NCBI GenBank assembly: GCA_934654475.1
Contig: CAKUFZ010000006.1
Location: 36,189-100,188, forward strand
Reading direction: 5' to 3'
Length of the DNA stretch: 64,000 nucleotides
Source: an uncultured Coriobacteriales bacterium
GTDB taxonomy: Bacteria > Actinomycetota > Coriobacteriia > Coriobacteriales > UMGS124
The notes under the pieces are model-generated. The model saw nothing but the letters and a program-made list of their open reading frames with translations. It searched no databases and was not told the DNA's origin. This document shows, piece after piece, positions 55,248 to 64,000 of this stretch; positions within the stretch are counted from its first letter, which is position 1, and the number at the start of each line of letters is the position of its first letter. The position numbers were made by a program, and so were the translations under genes.

Positions 55248-57491
55248 ATGCCGACAGTCGATTTGCTTTCCATGAGCCTCACCGGCGCCGCCATGGCGCT
55301 CGCCGTTGTAGTGGCACGGGCCTTGCTGCTCAAGCGCCTGCCCAAGACGACGTTCGTGGTGCTGTGGATGCTCGTGGCTCTGCGACTGCTCGCGCCCGTC
55401 GCCATGCCCATGCCCGTCAACGCCTACTCGCTGCTCGAAAAGCCTGTCCAAGCTGTGGCTGAGAAAGTCGGCACACTGTTTGGCCAGGCAGATGCCGGTA
55501 GTACGGCAGCTCCGGAATCAGCAAACGACACGAACGCACTCGCCCAGGCATCAGGTAATACGGCACCTGAGGCCACGACGGCAATGGACGACAATGCGGC
55601 AATGCAAGGTAGTACGGCAACTGCCTCAGAGTCCGCACCCAGCTCATCAGCACGGAATAACTCGGCAACAGCAAACACCCAGGCAGACACGCCGGTCAAA
55701 CCAGAATCGCAGGAACTGCCCGCCGTTCCTTGGAACGTCCTCTGGGCGGCAGGGACCGTCATCTGCGCAAGCGGATTTGCCCTCTCCTACCTGCGCAGCA
55801 AAAACCGCTTTGCCTCCTCACTCCCCGTGACTGACGAGCGGACGCTTGCCCTCTTCAACGAGGCATGCAAAGAGACGGGCGCACTGCAAGCCGTTGAGCT
55901 GCGGCAATCCGACGAGATCCCTGTTCCCCTTACCTATGGGGTGCTACATCCCGTAGTGCTTATCCCCAAAACCTGCCTGCACGCCGAGGCCATGGACGAT
56001 GCCCAGGCACGCTTTGTGCTAGCGCATGAACTGTGCCATGTGCGCAGGCACGACGTGGCGCTTAAGTTCGCTCTGGCAGCAGCGGTGTGCCTGCACTGGT
56101 TCAACCCCATGGCCTGGATTATGTGGGTCCTGGCCATGCGCGACATCGAGCTTGCCTGCGACGAGACAGTCGTGCGCCTGCTCGGCCGCAACGACCCAGG
56201 CACCACCCGGGCCCGCTATGCACGCGCCCTCATCTCAATGGAAGAATCCAAAAGCGGTCTGGCACCGCTCACACTGTGCAGCGCCTTTAACAAGACCGCC
56301 ATCGAAGAAAGAATCGTGGCAATCATGAACATCAAGAAAACGACCTGCGCGACTTTCATCGCATCGTCTTTGCTTATCGTTGGTGTGCCGGCAGCTTTCG
56401 CCAGCACGACGTACTGGGGCCTGCCCAACGGCGGCTCAGCCTATCAGTACACGTTCAACCCCGCCGACATCGAGAGTTCTACCGACGCGGACGTCGAGAC
56501 CACGGAAGTGGCAAGCGAGGCACCCTTCTCGAGCGCAACAGAAGACACCGCTGACCAGATTGGCGCCGAAGCCGTGGAGGGCCGCTTTTCAATAGGTGGC
56601 GCCGCCCAATCGGGTGACACCGCTACTAGCACGGATGAAGAAGCGGCGGGCGTCGAAAACCCCTACGGTGGTTCAGTTTCCGCCTCGCAGGTCATTGACA
56701 ATTACCTCATCACGAGCGTCGCAGCAAGCAACGACTCCACGGCGGTCGAAGTCACATCCGAAGGAAATCTGCAAGCAAGCAAAGTGACCACCTTCCTCGA
56801 CACGCTGAAAGACTTCGGGCTCGATTGGGAAATCGCAACCGAAACCTACGACGAGGGCACGACGCAAAACACTCTCGCCATAACCTACAAGGGCCAGGCA
56901 GTCCATGCCATCTACGACCCGCAGAGCGGCACGCTCATTGCCTCCGGCGAGGGCGACTACATGCATGGCAAGAACACGGGTGTCGATGCCGTCGACCTGG
57001 TAGTTGCCTATGACAGGGTAAGCAACAAGCCCACCGGCCTGGATATCTCACCCACCTTGGATGACGACGTCGTAAACGGCACCGTCCCCGTGACCTCCTG
57101 GAGCACATTCGCTCCTCAGCAGGCAGGTGGCCTAGCAACTGAGGAGACCAGCCTGAATGCCGCAGCCGAACAAGCCACCGATGCATCAGAGATGTCTGAG
57201 ACCAGCACCGCCGAGCTCATCGGCCTATTCGAGCCCTATGCCAAGTTTGGCCTGTCCTATAACCCCCGAAGCGGTGCCGTCACCTATGCCAATCCTTCAG
57301 GCTCAAATACTGAGCCTGAAGTCGTGAGCAACTTCACCGACGTGAAGTCCATGACAAAGGACGCAAAAGGCGAGGCCGTAGGCAACGTCTTTACGTACAG
57401 TGACGGCACGGATCGAGGCATTAGCCTTCGTGCCGTCCGCGACTTCTCCGGCACGCTCATCGGTCTCGCACCCGAGGAGAATCAGGACTAG
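55248..57491 (+). CDS. BlaR1/MecR1-like M56 zinc-metalloprotease signal transducer with non-PBP extracellular domain
   Basis: HELCHVRRHD (HExxH) within an M56-type TM domain. A further TM (TCATFIASSLLIVGVPAAFA) is followed by about 390 aa of acidic Ser/Thr-rich sequence with no SxxK motif. Confidence 0.8.
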   Translation: MPTVDLLSMSLTGAAMALAVVVARALLLKRLPKTTFVVLWMLVALRLLAPVAMPMPVNAYSLLEKPVQAVAEKVGTLFGQADAGSTAAPESANDTNALAQASGNTAPEATTAMDDNAAMQGSTATASESAPSSSARNNSATANTQADTPVKPESQELPAVPWNVLWAAGTVICASGFALSYLRSKNRFASSLPVTDERTLALFNEACKETGALQAVELRQSDEIPVPLTYGVLHPVVLIPKTCLHAEAMDDAQARFVLAHELCHVRRHDVALKFALAAAVCLHWFNPMAWIMWVLAMRDIELACDETVVRLLGRNDPGTTRARYARALISMEESKSGLAPLTLCSAFNKTAIEERIVAIMNIKKTTCATFIASSLLIVGVPAAFASTTYWGLPNGGSAYQYTFNPADIESSTDADVETTEVASEAPFSSATEDTADQIGAEAVEGRFSIGGAAQSGDTATSTDEEAAGVENPYGGSVSASQVIDNYLITSVAASNDSTAVEVTSEGNLQASKVTTFLDTLKDFGLDWEIATETYDEGTTQNTLAITYKGQAVHAIYDPQSGTLIASGEGDYMHGKNTGVDAVDLVVAYDRVSNKPTGLDISPTLDDDVVNGTVPVTSWSTFAPQQAGGLATEETSLNAAAEQATDASEMSETSTAELIGLFEPYAKFGLSYNPRSGAVTYANPSGSNTEPEVVSNFTDVKSMTKDAKGEAVGNVFTYSDGTDRGISLRAVRDFSGTLIGLAPEENQD

Positions 57492-57537
57492 GGCCGCATC
57501 AGATTCCTACCACTGCACAACCTTCTGAACTACCCGG

Positions 57538-57567
57538 GCCCGTCGGTCTCACAACCGGCGGGCTTTC
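57538..57567 (+). terminator. Possible terminator after blaR1-like gene
   Basis: GCCCGTCGG-TCTCACAA-CCGGCGGGC hairpin followed by TTTCATAT. Confidence 0.4.
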
Positions 57568-57580
57568 ATATGACGGCCCC

Positions 57581-58405
57581 CTACGCCGTGCGCTCGGCTA
57601 GCCAGTCGCGGAGGTGCTCGGCCATACGGGTGACTTCGGCGGCGGTGGCGGGATTGCTGAACGGCAGTCCCAGGAGCTTCCACACGTAGCCTTGCTCGCA
57701 GGCAACGCGCAGGCCATAAGGGTGCACGACCTCAAAGAGCAGACAGGGATAGCTCACCACAATGTCGGTCGGCGTGGAGCGTTCGGCACGCTTGACGGTG
57801 CGGTGGCCGTAGAAGGCGTCGCGCACGGCAGGCGAAATGTCACCGGCAAGAATCTCGGGCAAAGGGACATCGAGCACCTGGGAGATATCTGCCTCCCCCA
57901 CCGCCTTCAAGATATCCACCTTATCGGCGTCGCGCAGGATGTCGCAAAACATACGTGTGCGCGCATCGAGCCCCTCAGGCAGGCGATAGTCACTGTGGGT
58001 ACCCACGACCGTGGCGATGAACTGAGAGAAAGCCGCGGCGCCTCCAGCCAGCTCCAACCCACCGACACACTGTCCGTCCCCCTCTTCTCCGTCCACGAAA
58101 TCCCACAAGCGCCCCTCATCAAGCAGCACGTGCACGCCCAGAGCGGCATGGCTTTCCGAGCGGGCGTCGCTGAAGGTGCCGTAGCGTCGCACCTGCTCAA
58201 AGCGGCCAATATCATGTAACAAGCCGCACAGCCAGGCAAGGTCGACGTCTTCGGCCGCCAGTCCCTCATCAGCCGCGATGCCCTCAGCCAGCTCTGCCAC
58301 GCGATACGTGTGCTCCACCTTGAGCGCAATCTTGGGGTCGGCCGGGTCATACGCGGCCACATACTCCTCGAACGCCTTCAAGCACCTTGCGCGATCGATC
58401 TTCAT
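57581..58405 (-). CDS. HD-domain phosphohydrolase-family protein
   Basis: LLHDIGRFEQ HD motif. ATG at 58405, preceded by GGAGGA. Confidence 0.75.
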   Translation of the reverse strand: MKIDRARCLKAFEEYVAAYDPADPKIALKVEHTYRVAELAEGIAADEGLAAEDVDLAWLCGLLHDIGRFEQVRRYGTFSDARSESHAALGVHVLLDEGRLWDFVDGEEGDGQCVGGLELAGGAAAFSQFIATVVGTHSDYRLPEGLDARTRMFCDILRDADKVDILKAVGEADISQVLDVPLPEILAGDISPAVRDAFYGHRTVKRAERSTPTDIVVSYPCLLFEVVHPYGLRVACEQGYVWKLLGLPFSNPATAAEVTRMAEHLRDWLAERTA

Positions 58406-58578
58406 CGGCTCATCCTCCGTAGATTCGCATCTCTCACGCACAAGGATGCCGCTTTCCGCCCAACCGATACAACCCCGCGAGCAACAGGTTGAGAAATATC
58501 ACGTTTCCAACCCCATCTCCCCGTCAAAACGTTAAATACTTCAACCCATCCCTCGCCGCGCCGCCCCCGACGGCCCCT

Positions 58579-58803
58579 CCATACACAAACGTGCCCACCG
58601 TGCGCACTCTGCACGGCGGGCACAACTCACTTACAGGTCTTTTCCGAACGTGGCCGCGCCGCCCCCGGCAGCCCCCGCAGGCGGCGGGTAAGGCCCAGGC
58701 ACAGTTCCGCAGTGAATCGCAAAAGGCCGATGCGGCATAGCCGCACCCCCTACACAAACGTGCCCAACGTGCGAACTTTGCACGGCGGGCACAACTCACT
58801 CAC
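58579..58803. repeat. Direct repeat of a 55-nt hairpin-containing element (family 4, two copies)
   Basis: CC(A/C)TACACAAACGTGCCCA(C/A)CGTGCG(C/A)ACT(C/T)TGCACGGCGGGCACAACTCAC occurs at 58579-58633 and 58748-58803. Each copy carries an imperfect 13-bp stem, GTGCCCACCGTGC/GCACGGCGGGCAC. Confidence 0.6.
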
Positions 58804-58841
58804 TTGCTTTTCCAGGCGTGACAGCGCCTTAGACAGACGAA

Positions 58842-58923
58842 GGCCACAGGCAAGGTTCAAGCGCAGTTTTTCGCCGCGCCTTTTGCGGCGAAACTGTTTG
58901 AGCATTGAACCTTGCCTGTGGCC
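58842..58923. repeat. Structured hairpin element, family 3 (copy 2)
   Basis: Perfect 19-bp outer arms GGCCACAGGCAAGGTTCAA/TTGAACCTTGCCTGTGGCC enclose the core AGTTTTTCGCCGCGCCTTTTGCGGCGAAACTGTTTGAGCA. It lies 26 nt after the sufU stop. Confidence 0.6.
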
Positions 58924-58948
58924 CCGAGAGACTCACGAAAAGAGGCCG

Positions 58949-59389
58949 CTACTTCGCCCTCTCGTCCAGCATCTCCCCCAGCGTCCTCCACGCGAGCTCC
59001 GCGCACTTCACGCGAGCGGGCATCCTCGCCACGCTCTGCAAGCAGGCGGCGTCGCCCAGCTCCTCGAGCACCTCGGGGTCCTTCTCCTCACCGCGGGCCA
59101 TGCGCTTGAAGACCTCGCACAAGTCGCGTGCCTCGTGGGCGTCCATGCCTGTGATGAGGTCGCTCATCATGTCGGCCGAGGCCTGCGAGACGGCGCACCC
59201 GATGCCCTGCCAGGCAGCTTCCTCGATGACGCCCTTGTCGCTAATGCGCAGCGACAGCGTGAGGTCGTCGCCGCAGGAAGGGTTCACGCCCTCGTGCGTG
59301 CAGGTGGCGCATTCCATCTCATACTTGTAGTCCGGGTCGGAGCTGTGCTCCATGAGCGCCGGCGTGTACAGCGGGTTAATTGGTGCCAT
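58949..59389 (-). CDS. sufU: SufU/IscU-like Fe-S cluster assembly sulfur-transfer/scaffold protein
   Basis: GVNPSCGDDLTL, GIGCAVSQASADMM and RVKCAELAW Cys motifs. Follows sufS. Confidence 0.85.
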   Translation of the reverse strand: MAPINPLYTPALMEHSSDPDYKYEMECATCTHEGVNPSCGDDLTLSLRISDKGVIEEAAWQGIGCAVSQASADMMSDLITGMDAHEARDLCEVFKRMARGEEKDPEVLEELGDAACLQSVARMPARVKCAELAWRTLGEMLDERAK

Positions 59390-60704
59390 GGAACATCCCC
59401 CAGACTCCTTCGAGGCCCTCTACCAGGCGGTCGATGTCGTTCTTGTCGTTATAGACGCCGATGGAGGCGCGGCACGACGAGCCCATGCCACCCAACCAGG
59501 TAAGCAGGGGCTGCGCGCAGTGGTGCCCCGCTCGGATGGCCACATTGTAGCCGTCGAGCAGGCTCGAAACGTCGTGCGGGTGGATGCCCGCCACATTGAA
59601 CGAAAACGCGCCATGGTGGCGAGCCGGGTCGTGGCTGCCCATGAACTCGATGTAGGGCAGCTCCTCCATGCGCGTCACGAGGTAGCGCATGAGCGCATGC
59701 TCGCGGGCCACGAGGTTGTCCATGCCGATGGACTCCACATAGGTGAGTGCCGCGTCGAGCGCGTAGGCGCCGGCCGCGTCCTGCGTGCCTGCCTCGAACT
59801 TCTCGGGGATGGGCGCCCAAGCGGCCTCGGTCTCGCTCACCCAGTCGATCATCTCGCCGCCGAGGAGCATCGGCGGCATGGCCTCGAGAATCTCGCGCTT
59901 GCCCCACAGCACGCCGATGCCCATGGGACCCATGATCTTGTGGGCCGAGAAGGCATACATGTCGGCGCCGAGGTCGCACACGTCCACCGCCATATGCGGC
60001 ACGGCCTGCGCGCCGTCCACCACCACGTAGGCGCCCATTTCATGGGCACGCTTGGCGATGGCACGCACGGGGTTCTCCACACCCAGCACGTTGGAGACCT
60101 GGCCGATGGAGACGATGCGGGTCTTGGGGCCGATCTTGGCCCCGATCTCCTCGTCGGGGATGGCGTAGTCGCCGCCCTTCTCGGGGCGCAGGTACACCAG
60201 GGTCGCACCCGTGGTGCGGCAAAGCTGCTGCCAGGGGATGAGGTTGGAGTGGTGCTCCATGATGGAGATGGCCACCTCGTCGCCGGGCTTGAGGTCGCAG
60301 ATGCCAGCAAGGCCCTTCGCGGCGAGGTTGAGCGCCTCGGAGGCATTGCGCACGAACACGACCTCGTCGGCCTCAGGCGCCCCGATGAAGCGGCCCACGT
60401 GGGCGCGCGCCCGGGCGATGGCCTCGGTCGCCTCGATGGAAAGGCGGTAGAGGCCCCTCAGGGGGTTGGCGTTCATCGTCTCGTAGAAGCGGCGCTGCGC
60501 GTCGAGCACGCAGGCCGGGCGCTGCTCCGTGGCGGCCGAGTCGAGGTAGACGAGCTCGGGAGAGTTGGCAAGCAGGGCGAACTCGGCGCGGAACGGGTTC
60601 TTGGCGATGTCGGCCACCTCGGGGCTGCCGGCGGCGGCGCTCACGCACCCCGCGATACCCAGGTTCGCCTCTTCGGTGGCGTCAATGGAATACAGACGTG
60701 CCAT
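59376..60704 (-). CDS. sufS: Cysteine desulfurase SufS (class V aminotransferase)
   Basis: FSAHKIMGPMGIGVL (PLP-Lys) and RAGHHCAQPL active-site Cys loop. ATG at 60704, preceded by GGAGGG. Confidence 0.9.
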   Translation of the reverse strand: MARLYSIDATEEANLGIAGCVSAAAGSPEVADIAKNPFRAEFALLANSPELVYLDSAATEQRPACVLDAQRRFYETMNANPLRGLYRLSIEATEAIARARAHVGRFIGAPEADEVVFVRNASEALNLAAKGLAGICDLKPGDEVAISIMEHHSNLIPWQQLCRTTGATLVYLRPEKGGDYAIPDEEIGAKIGPKTRIVSIGQVSNVLGVENPVRAIAKRAHEMGAYVVVDGAQAVPHMAVDVCDLGADMYAFSAHKIMGPMGIGVLWGKREILEAMPPMLLGGEMIDWVSETEAAWAPIPEKFEAGTQDAAGAYALDAALTYVESIGMDNLVAREHALMRYLVTRMEELPYIEFMGSHDPARHHGAFSFNVAGIHPHDVSSLLDGYNVAIRAGHHCAQPLLTWLGGMGSSCRASIGVYNDKNDIDRLVEGLEGVWGMFHGTN

Positions 60705-60803
60705 GGAAGGTTCCCTCCATTGAAGAAGAACCCGCCCAGGCAAGCCAGCTCGGCGGCGGCACCAAGCGGCAGGCCCGGGTGGGTGGAAGCGGTCGGGTTG
60801 ATG

Positions 60804-61883
60804 TTACTCGCCCAGCATGTCGGCCACAACGTCGGCACCGAGCACGCGCTCGGCGGCGGCGCGCACGGCAGCGCGGGCCTGGGGCACCGGAGCGTCCTCG
60901 AAGGCCGCGGCGAAGGTGGACTCCATCACGAGCGCCGGGATGTCCTCGGGAGCCAGGCCGCGAGACACCAGGTAGGCGCGCTGCTCGGGGCTGATCTCGC
61001 CCACGGTGGCACCGTGGTCGCCCGCGACGTCGTCCTCGTCGCACAGGATGACGGGCAGCGACTGGTTGCCCACGCCGTCGCCGGCAAGGAGCACGCACTC
61101 GTTCTCGCTGCCCTTGGAGCCCTTGCAGCCGCGCACGAGGTCGATCGTGTCGCGCAGCGACTTGAAGGCGTCGTCGGCCAGAACGCCGGAGAAGCCCATC
61201 GTGCACAGGGTGTGCTTGCCAATCTGGCGCACGACGTGCCCCAGGTCGAGCGTCTGCGTGCCGCGACCCAGGTAGCGGGCATCGAGCTCGAGAGTCGAGC
61301 CGTCACCCACGAGGTCGCAGTGGAAGCCCGTGGAGGAGAGCTGCGCCGAGAGCACGTACTGCTTCACGTGCACGCTCGCACCCTTCTGCGCCACCAGGCC
61401 CACGTTGTCGAGCATCTGGGGGGCGTCGCACGCCACCACGGAGAAGAGGTCGAGCCTGGCGCCCTCTTCCACCGCGATGCGCACGCTCCAGCCGCTCGTG
61501 GTGCCGAGCGCCTCAGAGGCGGGCGCGTTGCCCACAAGCACGACTGAGGCCTGGGCGCCGGCGCCCACGACGACGTCGAGCACGAAGGCGGCGCGGGCGA
61601 CCTGGGCCATGTCCACGACGATGGACTCATCGGCCACCTCGCCTGCGGGCACCTCCACGCGGCACACCTCGCCGGCTACGGCCTCGAGCCAGGCCTGGGC
61701 CTGCCCGCCTGCGCCGCCCACGGGAGGCTCGCAGGTCGCGCCCTCGAAGCGGCCCTCGACGGCCTCGGCGGCCCCTTCGGCGGCTGGCACCTCGATGTCG
61801 ATGCCGTTGATCTCCAGATGGTTCCAGGTGGGAGTGGGAAGCTCGTTCACCTGCTTAAGTACCTGCTTGTTTGTCGTCTCCAC
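60804..61883 (-). CDS. sufD: Fe-S cluster assembly protein SufD
   Basis: 359 aa with beta-helix-type C-terminal similarity to SufB/D (SRGLAPEDIPALVMESF). Lies between sufB and sufS. Confidence 0.8.
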   Translation of the reverse strand: METTNKQVLKQVNELPTPTWNHLEINGIDIEVPAAEGAAEAVEGRFEGATCEPPVGGAGGQAQAWLEAVAGEVCRVEVPAGEVADESIVVDMAQVARAAFVLDVVVGAGAQASVVLVGNAPASEALGTTSGWSVRIAVEEGARLDLFSVVACDAPQMLDNVGLVAQKGASVHVKQYVLSAQLSSTGFHCDLVGDGSTLELDARYLGRGTQTLDLGHVVRQIGKHTLCTMGFSGVLADDAFKSLRDTIDLVRGCKGSKGSENECVLLAGDGVGNQSLPVILCDEDDVAGDHGATVGEISPEQRAYLVSRGLAPEDIPALVMESTFAAAFEDAPVPQARAAVRAAAERVLGADVVADMLGE

Positions 61884-61884
61884 G

Positions 61885-63300
61885 CTAGCCCACCGCGCCT
61901 TCCATCTCGAGCTTGATGAGGTTGTTCATCTCGACGGCGTACTCAAGCGGCAGCTCCTTCGAGATGGGGTTGGCAAAGCCGTTCACCACCATGGTGCGGG
62001 CCTCGCTCTCGGTGCACCCGCGCGACATGAGGTAGGTCACCGTGTCGTCGGAGATGCGGCCGATGGTGGCCTCGTGGCCCACGCTGGCAGTGCGGCAGCG
62101 CACGTCGATGGCGGGGATGGTGTCGGAGCGGCTGTGGTCGTCGAGCATGAGCGAGGCGCAGGAGACCGACGCCTTGGCGTGCTCGGCACCCTCGGTGATG
62201 CACACGGCGGAGCGGAACGTCGAGATGCCGCCGTCCTTGGAAAGCGACTTGGCGTTGATGGAGCAGCGCGTGTCCTTGCCCTGCAGCACCACGCGCGTGC
62301 CCGTGTCGAGGTTCTGGGTGGCGCCGGCGAACGTGATGCCGGTGTACTCGCAGCTCGAGCGGTCGCCCACGAGAAACGACGTGGGGTACAGGTAGCTCAC
62401 GTGGCTGCCGAAGGAGCCCGACACCCACTCGATGGAGCCGTCCTCCTCCACGCGGGCGCGCTTCGTGTTGAGGTTGTACATGTTCTTCGACCAGTTCTCC
62501 ACGGTCGAATAGCGCAGGCGAGCGCCCTTCCCCACGTAGAGCTCCACACAGCCCGCATGCAGGTTGGCCACGTTGTACTTGGGGGCGGAGCAGCCCTCGA
62601 CGAAGTGCAGGTCGGCGCCCGGCTCCAGGATGATGAGCGTGTGCTCGAACTGGCCGGCACCTGCGGCGTTGAGGCGGAAGTAGCTCTGCAGCGGGAAGTC
62701 GACCTTCACGCCGGCGGGCACGTACACAAACGAGCCGCCCGACCACACGGCGCCGTGCAGGGCCGCGAACTTGTGGTCGCAGGGCGGCACGAGCTGCATG
62801 AACTTCTCGTGGATGAGCTCGGCGTAGGGGCCCTCGAGCGCCTCCTCGATGCCGGAGTACACCACGCCCTGGGCCGCCACCTCCTCGCGCATGTTGTGGT
62901 ACACGAGCTCGGAGTCGTACTGGGCGCCCACGCCCGCCAGGCTCGCGCGCTCGGCCTCGGGGATTCCCAGGCGCTCGAAGGTGTCCTTGATGTCCTCGGG
63001 GACGTCTTCCCAGTCCTTGGCCTGGTCGGTCTTGGGCGACACATAGGCAGAGATGTGGTCCATGTCCAGGCCCGCGATGGAGGGACCCCAGTTGGGCGGC
63101 ATGGGCGTGGACTCGTAGATCTCCAGGCTCTTGAGGCGCAGGTCGAGCATCCACTGGGGCTCGTTCTTCTTGGCGGAAATCTCGCGCACCAGCTCGGGGG
63201 TCAGGCCGTCGGCTGCACGCTCATAGCCCTCCTCGGGCTTGGTGAAGTCGTACAGACCGCCTCCTGCCTGCGTGAAGTCGGCGATGTCGGTGTTTGCCAT
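61885..63300 (-). CDS. sufB: Fe-S cluster assembly protein SufB
   Basis: TVENWSKNMYNLNTKRA and FGSHVSYLYPT motifs. ATG at 63300, preceded by AGGTGAGG. The ORF-track GTG at 63309 is the alternative. Confidence 0.9.
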   Translation of the reverse strand: MANTDIADFTQAGGGLYDFTKPEEGYERAADGLTPELVREISAKKNEPQWMLDLRLKSLEIYESTPMPPNWGPSIAGLDMDHISAYVSPKTDQAKDWEDVPEDIKDTFERLGIPEAERASLAGVGAQYDSELVYHNMREEVAAQGVVYSGIEEALEGPYAELIHEKFMQLVPPCDHKFAALHGAVWSGGSFVYVPAGVKVDFPLQSYFRLNAAGAGQFEHTLIILEPGADLHFVEGCSAPKYNVANLHAGCVELYVGKGARLRYSTVENWSKNMYNLNTKRARVEEDGSIEWVSGSFGSHVSYLYPTSFLVGDRSSCEYTGITFAGATQNLDTGTRVVLQGKDTRCSINAKSLSKDGGISTFRSAVCITEGAEHAKASVSCASLMLDDHSRSDTIPAIDVRCRTASVGHEATIGRISDDTVTYLMSRGCTESEARTMVVNGFANPISKELPLEYAVEMNNLIKLEMEGAVG

Positions 63301-63309
63301 CTGCCTCAC

Positions 63310-64000
63310 CTACTCGGCACAGTCGCTGCGCGCGGCCTCGAGGGCCTCATAGGCGGCAAAGCCGGTCTGGTCGATCTGCTTGGCAAGGCTGCCGTCGCCC
63401 GTGGCCACGAGATGGCCCTTGACCATGACGTGGGTCTTGTCGATGGCAAGGCGCTCCAGGATGCGCGTGTTGTGCGTGATGATGAGCAGCGCCCCGTCGC
63501 ACATCTCGCGGTAGGCTTGGATGCCGCGCGCCACCACGTCGAGGGCGTCGACGTCGAGGCCCGAGTCGGTCTCGTCGAGAATGGCGAGCTTGGGCTGGAG
63601 AAGCAGCAGCTGCAGCATCTCGACCTTCTTGCGCTCGCCGCCCGAGAAGCCCACGTTGAGGTCGCGCACCAGGTTGGACTGGTTGAGGCTGAGCTGGTCG
63701 CACAGCTCGCCCACGTGGGCGCGGAACTTGGAGCCGCTCATCCTGGGGCCGGGGTGCTTGCGGGTGATGGTGCGCAGGAACTGGTACAGCGGCACGCCGG
63801 GCACCTCGACGGGAGCCTGGTAGCTCATGAAGATGCCAGCAAGCGAGCGCTTGTCAGCAGACAGTGCGGTAACGTCCTGACCTGCGAATTCAATGCTGCC
63901 AGAGGTGACCTCGTAGGTGGGGTCGCCCATGATGGTCTTGCCGAGCGTGGACTTGCCCGCGCCGTTGGGGCCCATGAGCACATGGACCTCGCCGGGATTG
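63310..64000 (-). CDS. sufC: Fe-S cluster assembly ATPase SufC (N-terminus beyond window end)
   Basis: Walker A GPNGAGKST, ABC signature FSGGERKK and Walker B LAILDETDSGLD. The reading frame stays open to the window edge. Confidence 0.9.
   Translation of the reverse strand, partial: NPGEVHVLMGPNGAGKSTLGKTIMGDPTYEVTSGSIEFAGQDVTALSADKRSLAGIFMSYQAPVEVPGVPLYQFLRTITRKHPGPRMSGSKFRAHVGELCDQLSLNQSNLVRDLNVGFSGGERKKVEMLQLLLLQPKLAILDETDSGLDVDALDVVARGIQAYREMCDGALLIITHNTRILERLAIDKTHVMVKGHLVATGDGSLAKQIDQTGFAAYEALEAARSDCAE

Overview
High-GC actinobacterial chromosome segment. The Coriobacteriia/Eggerthellaceae assignment is an inference from protein sequences and gene content. Almost every gene is on the minus strand.

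Gene order:
- 1-14.6 kb: a complete dcw cell-division/cell-wall cluster (ftsZ partial, ftsQ, murB, murC, murG, ftsW, murD, mraY, murF, ftsI, ftsL-like, rsmH, mraZ). murE is not in the cluster.
- 14.9-17.5 kb: xerD-like recombinase and pyrG.
- 17.6-21.2 kb: a membrane-spanning LuxR regulator plus a Tat-exported FAD reductase.
- 21.7-31.0 kb: tRNA-Lys and tRNA-His, an orphan P-II protein, HtrA protease, Na+/H+ antiporter, groES-groEL and a phosphohexomutase.
- 31.0-39.5 kb: a heme-b-type membrane protein, then a tight six-gene operon. It encodes an acidic unknown protein, a TorD-like chaperone, a polyferredoxin, and two degenerate UvrD-like ATPases flanking a second unknown protein.
- 39.9-40.4 kb: a block of about 270-bp tandem repeats.
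- 40.5-46.7 kb: a two-subunit Tat-exported molybdopterin oxidoreductase (1130-aa catalytic subunit) with a divergent membrane LuxR regulator.
- 47.0-51.6 kb: queD, an aminotransferase, SPFH/NfeD and a ferrochelatase-like gene.
- 51.6-54.9 kb: a lower-GC island with two DUF4143-type ATPases and a remnant of a blaR1-like gene.
- 54.9-64.0 kb: a BlaI/BlaR1-like module with a non-PBP sensor domain, an HD-domain protein and sufCBDSU (sufC partial).

No CRISPR array, rRNA, transposase or phage genes were seen.

Most noteworthy:
- the chaperone/ferredoxin/UvrD-like operon;
- the orphan Mo-enzyme plus LuxR locus;
- several families of structured intergenic repeats whose stems change compensatorily between copies;
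- a recurrent TACCTGGTGTTTT motif near redox genes.
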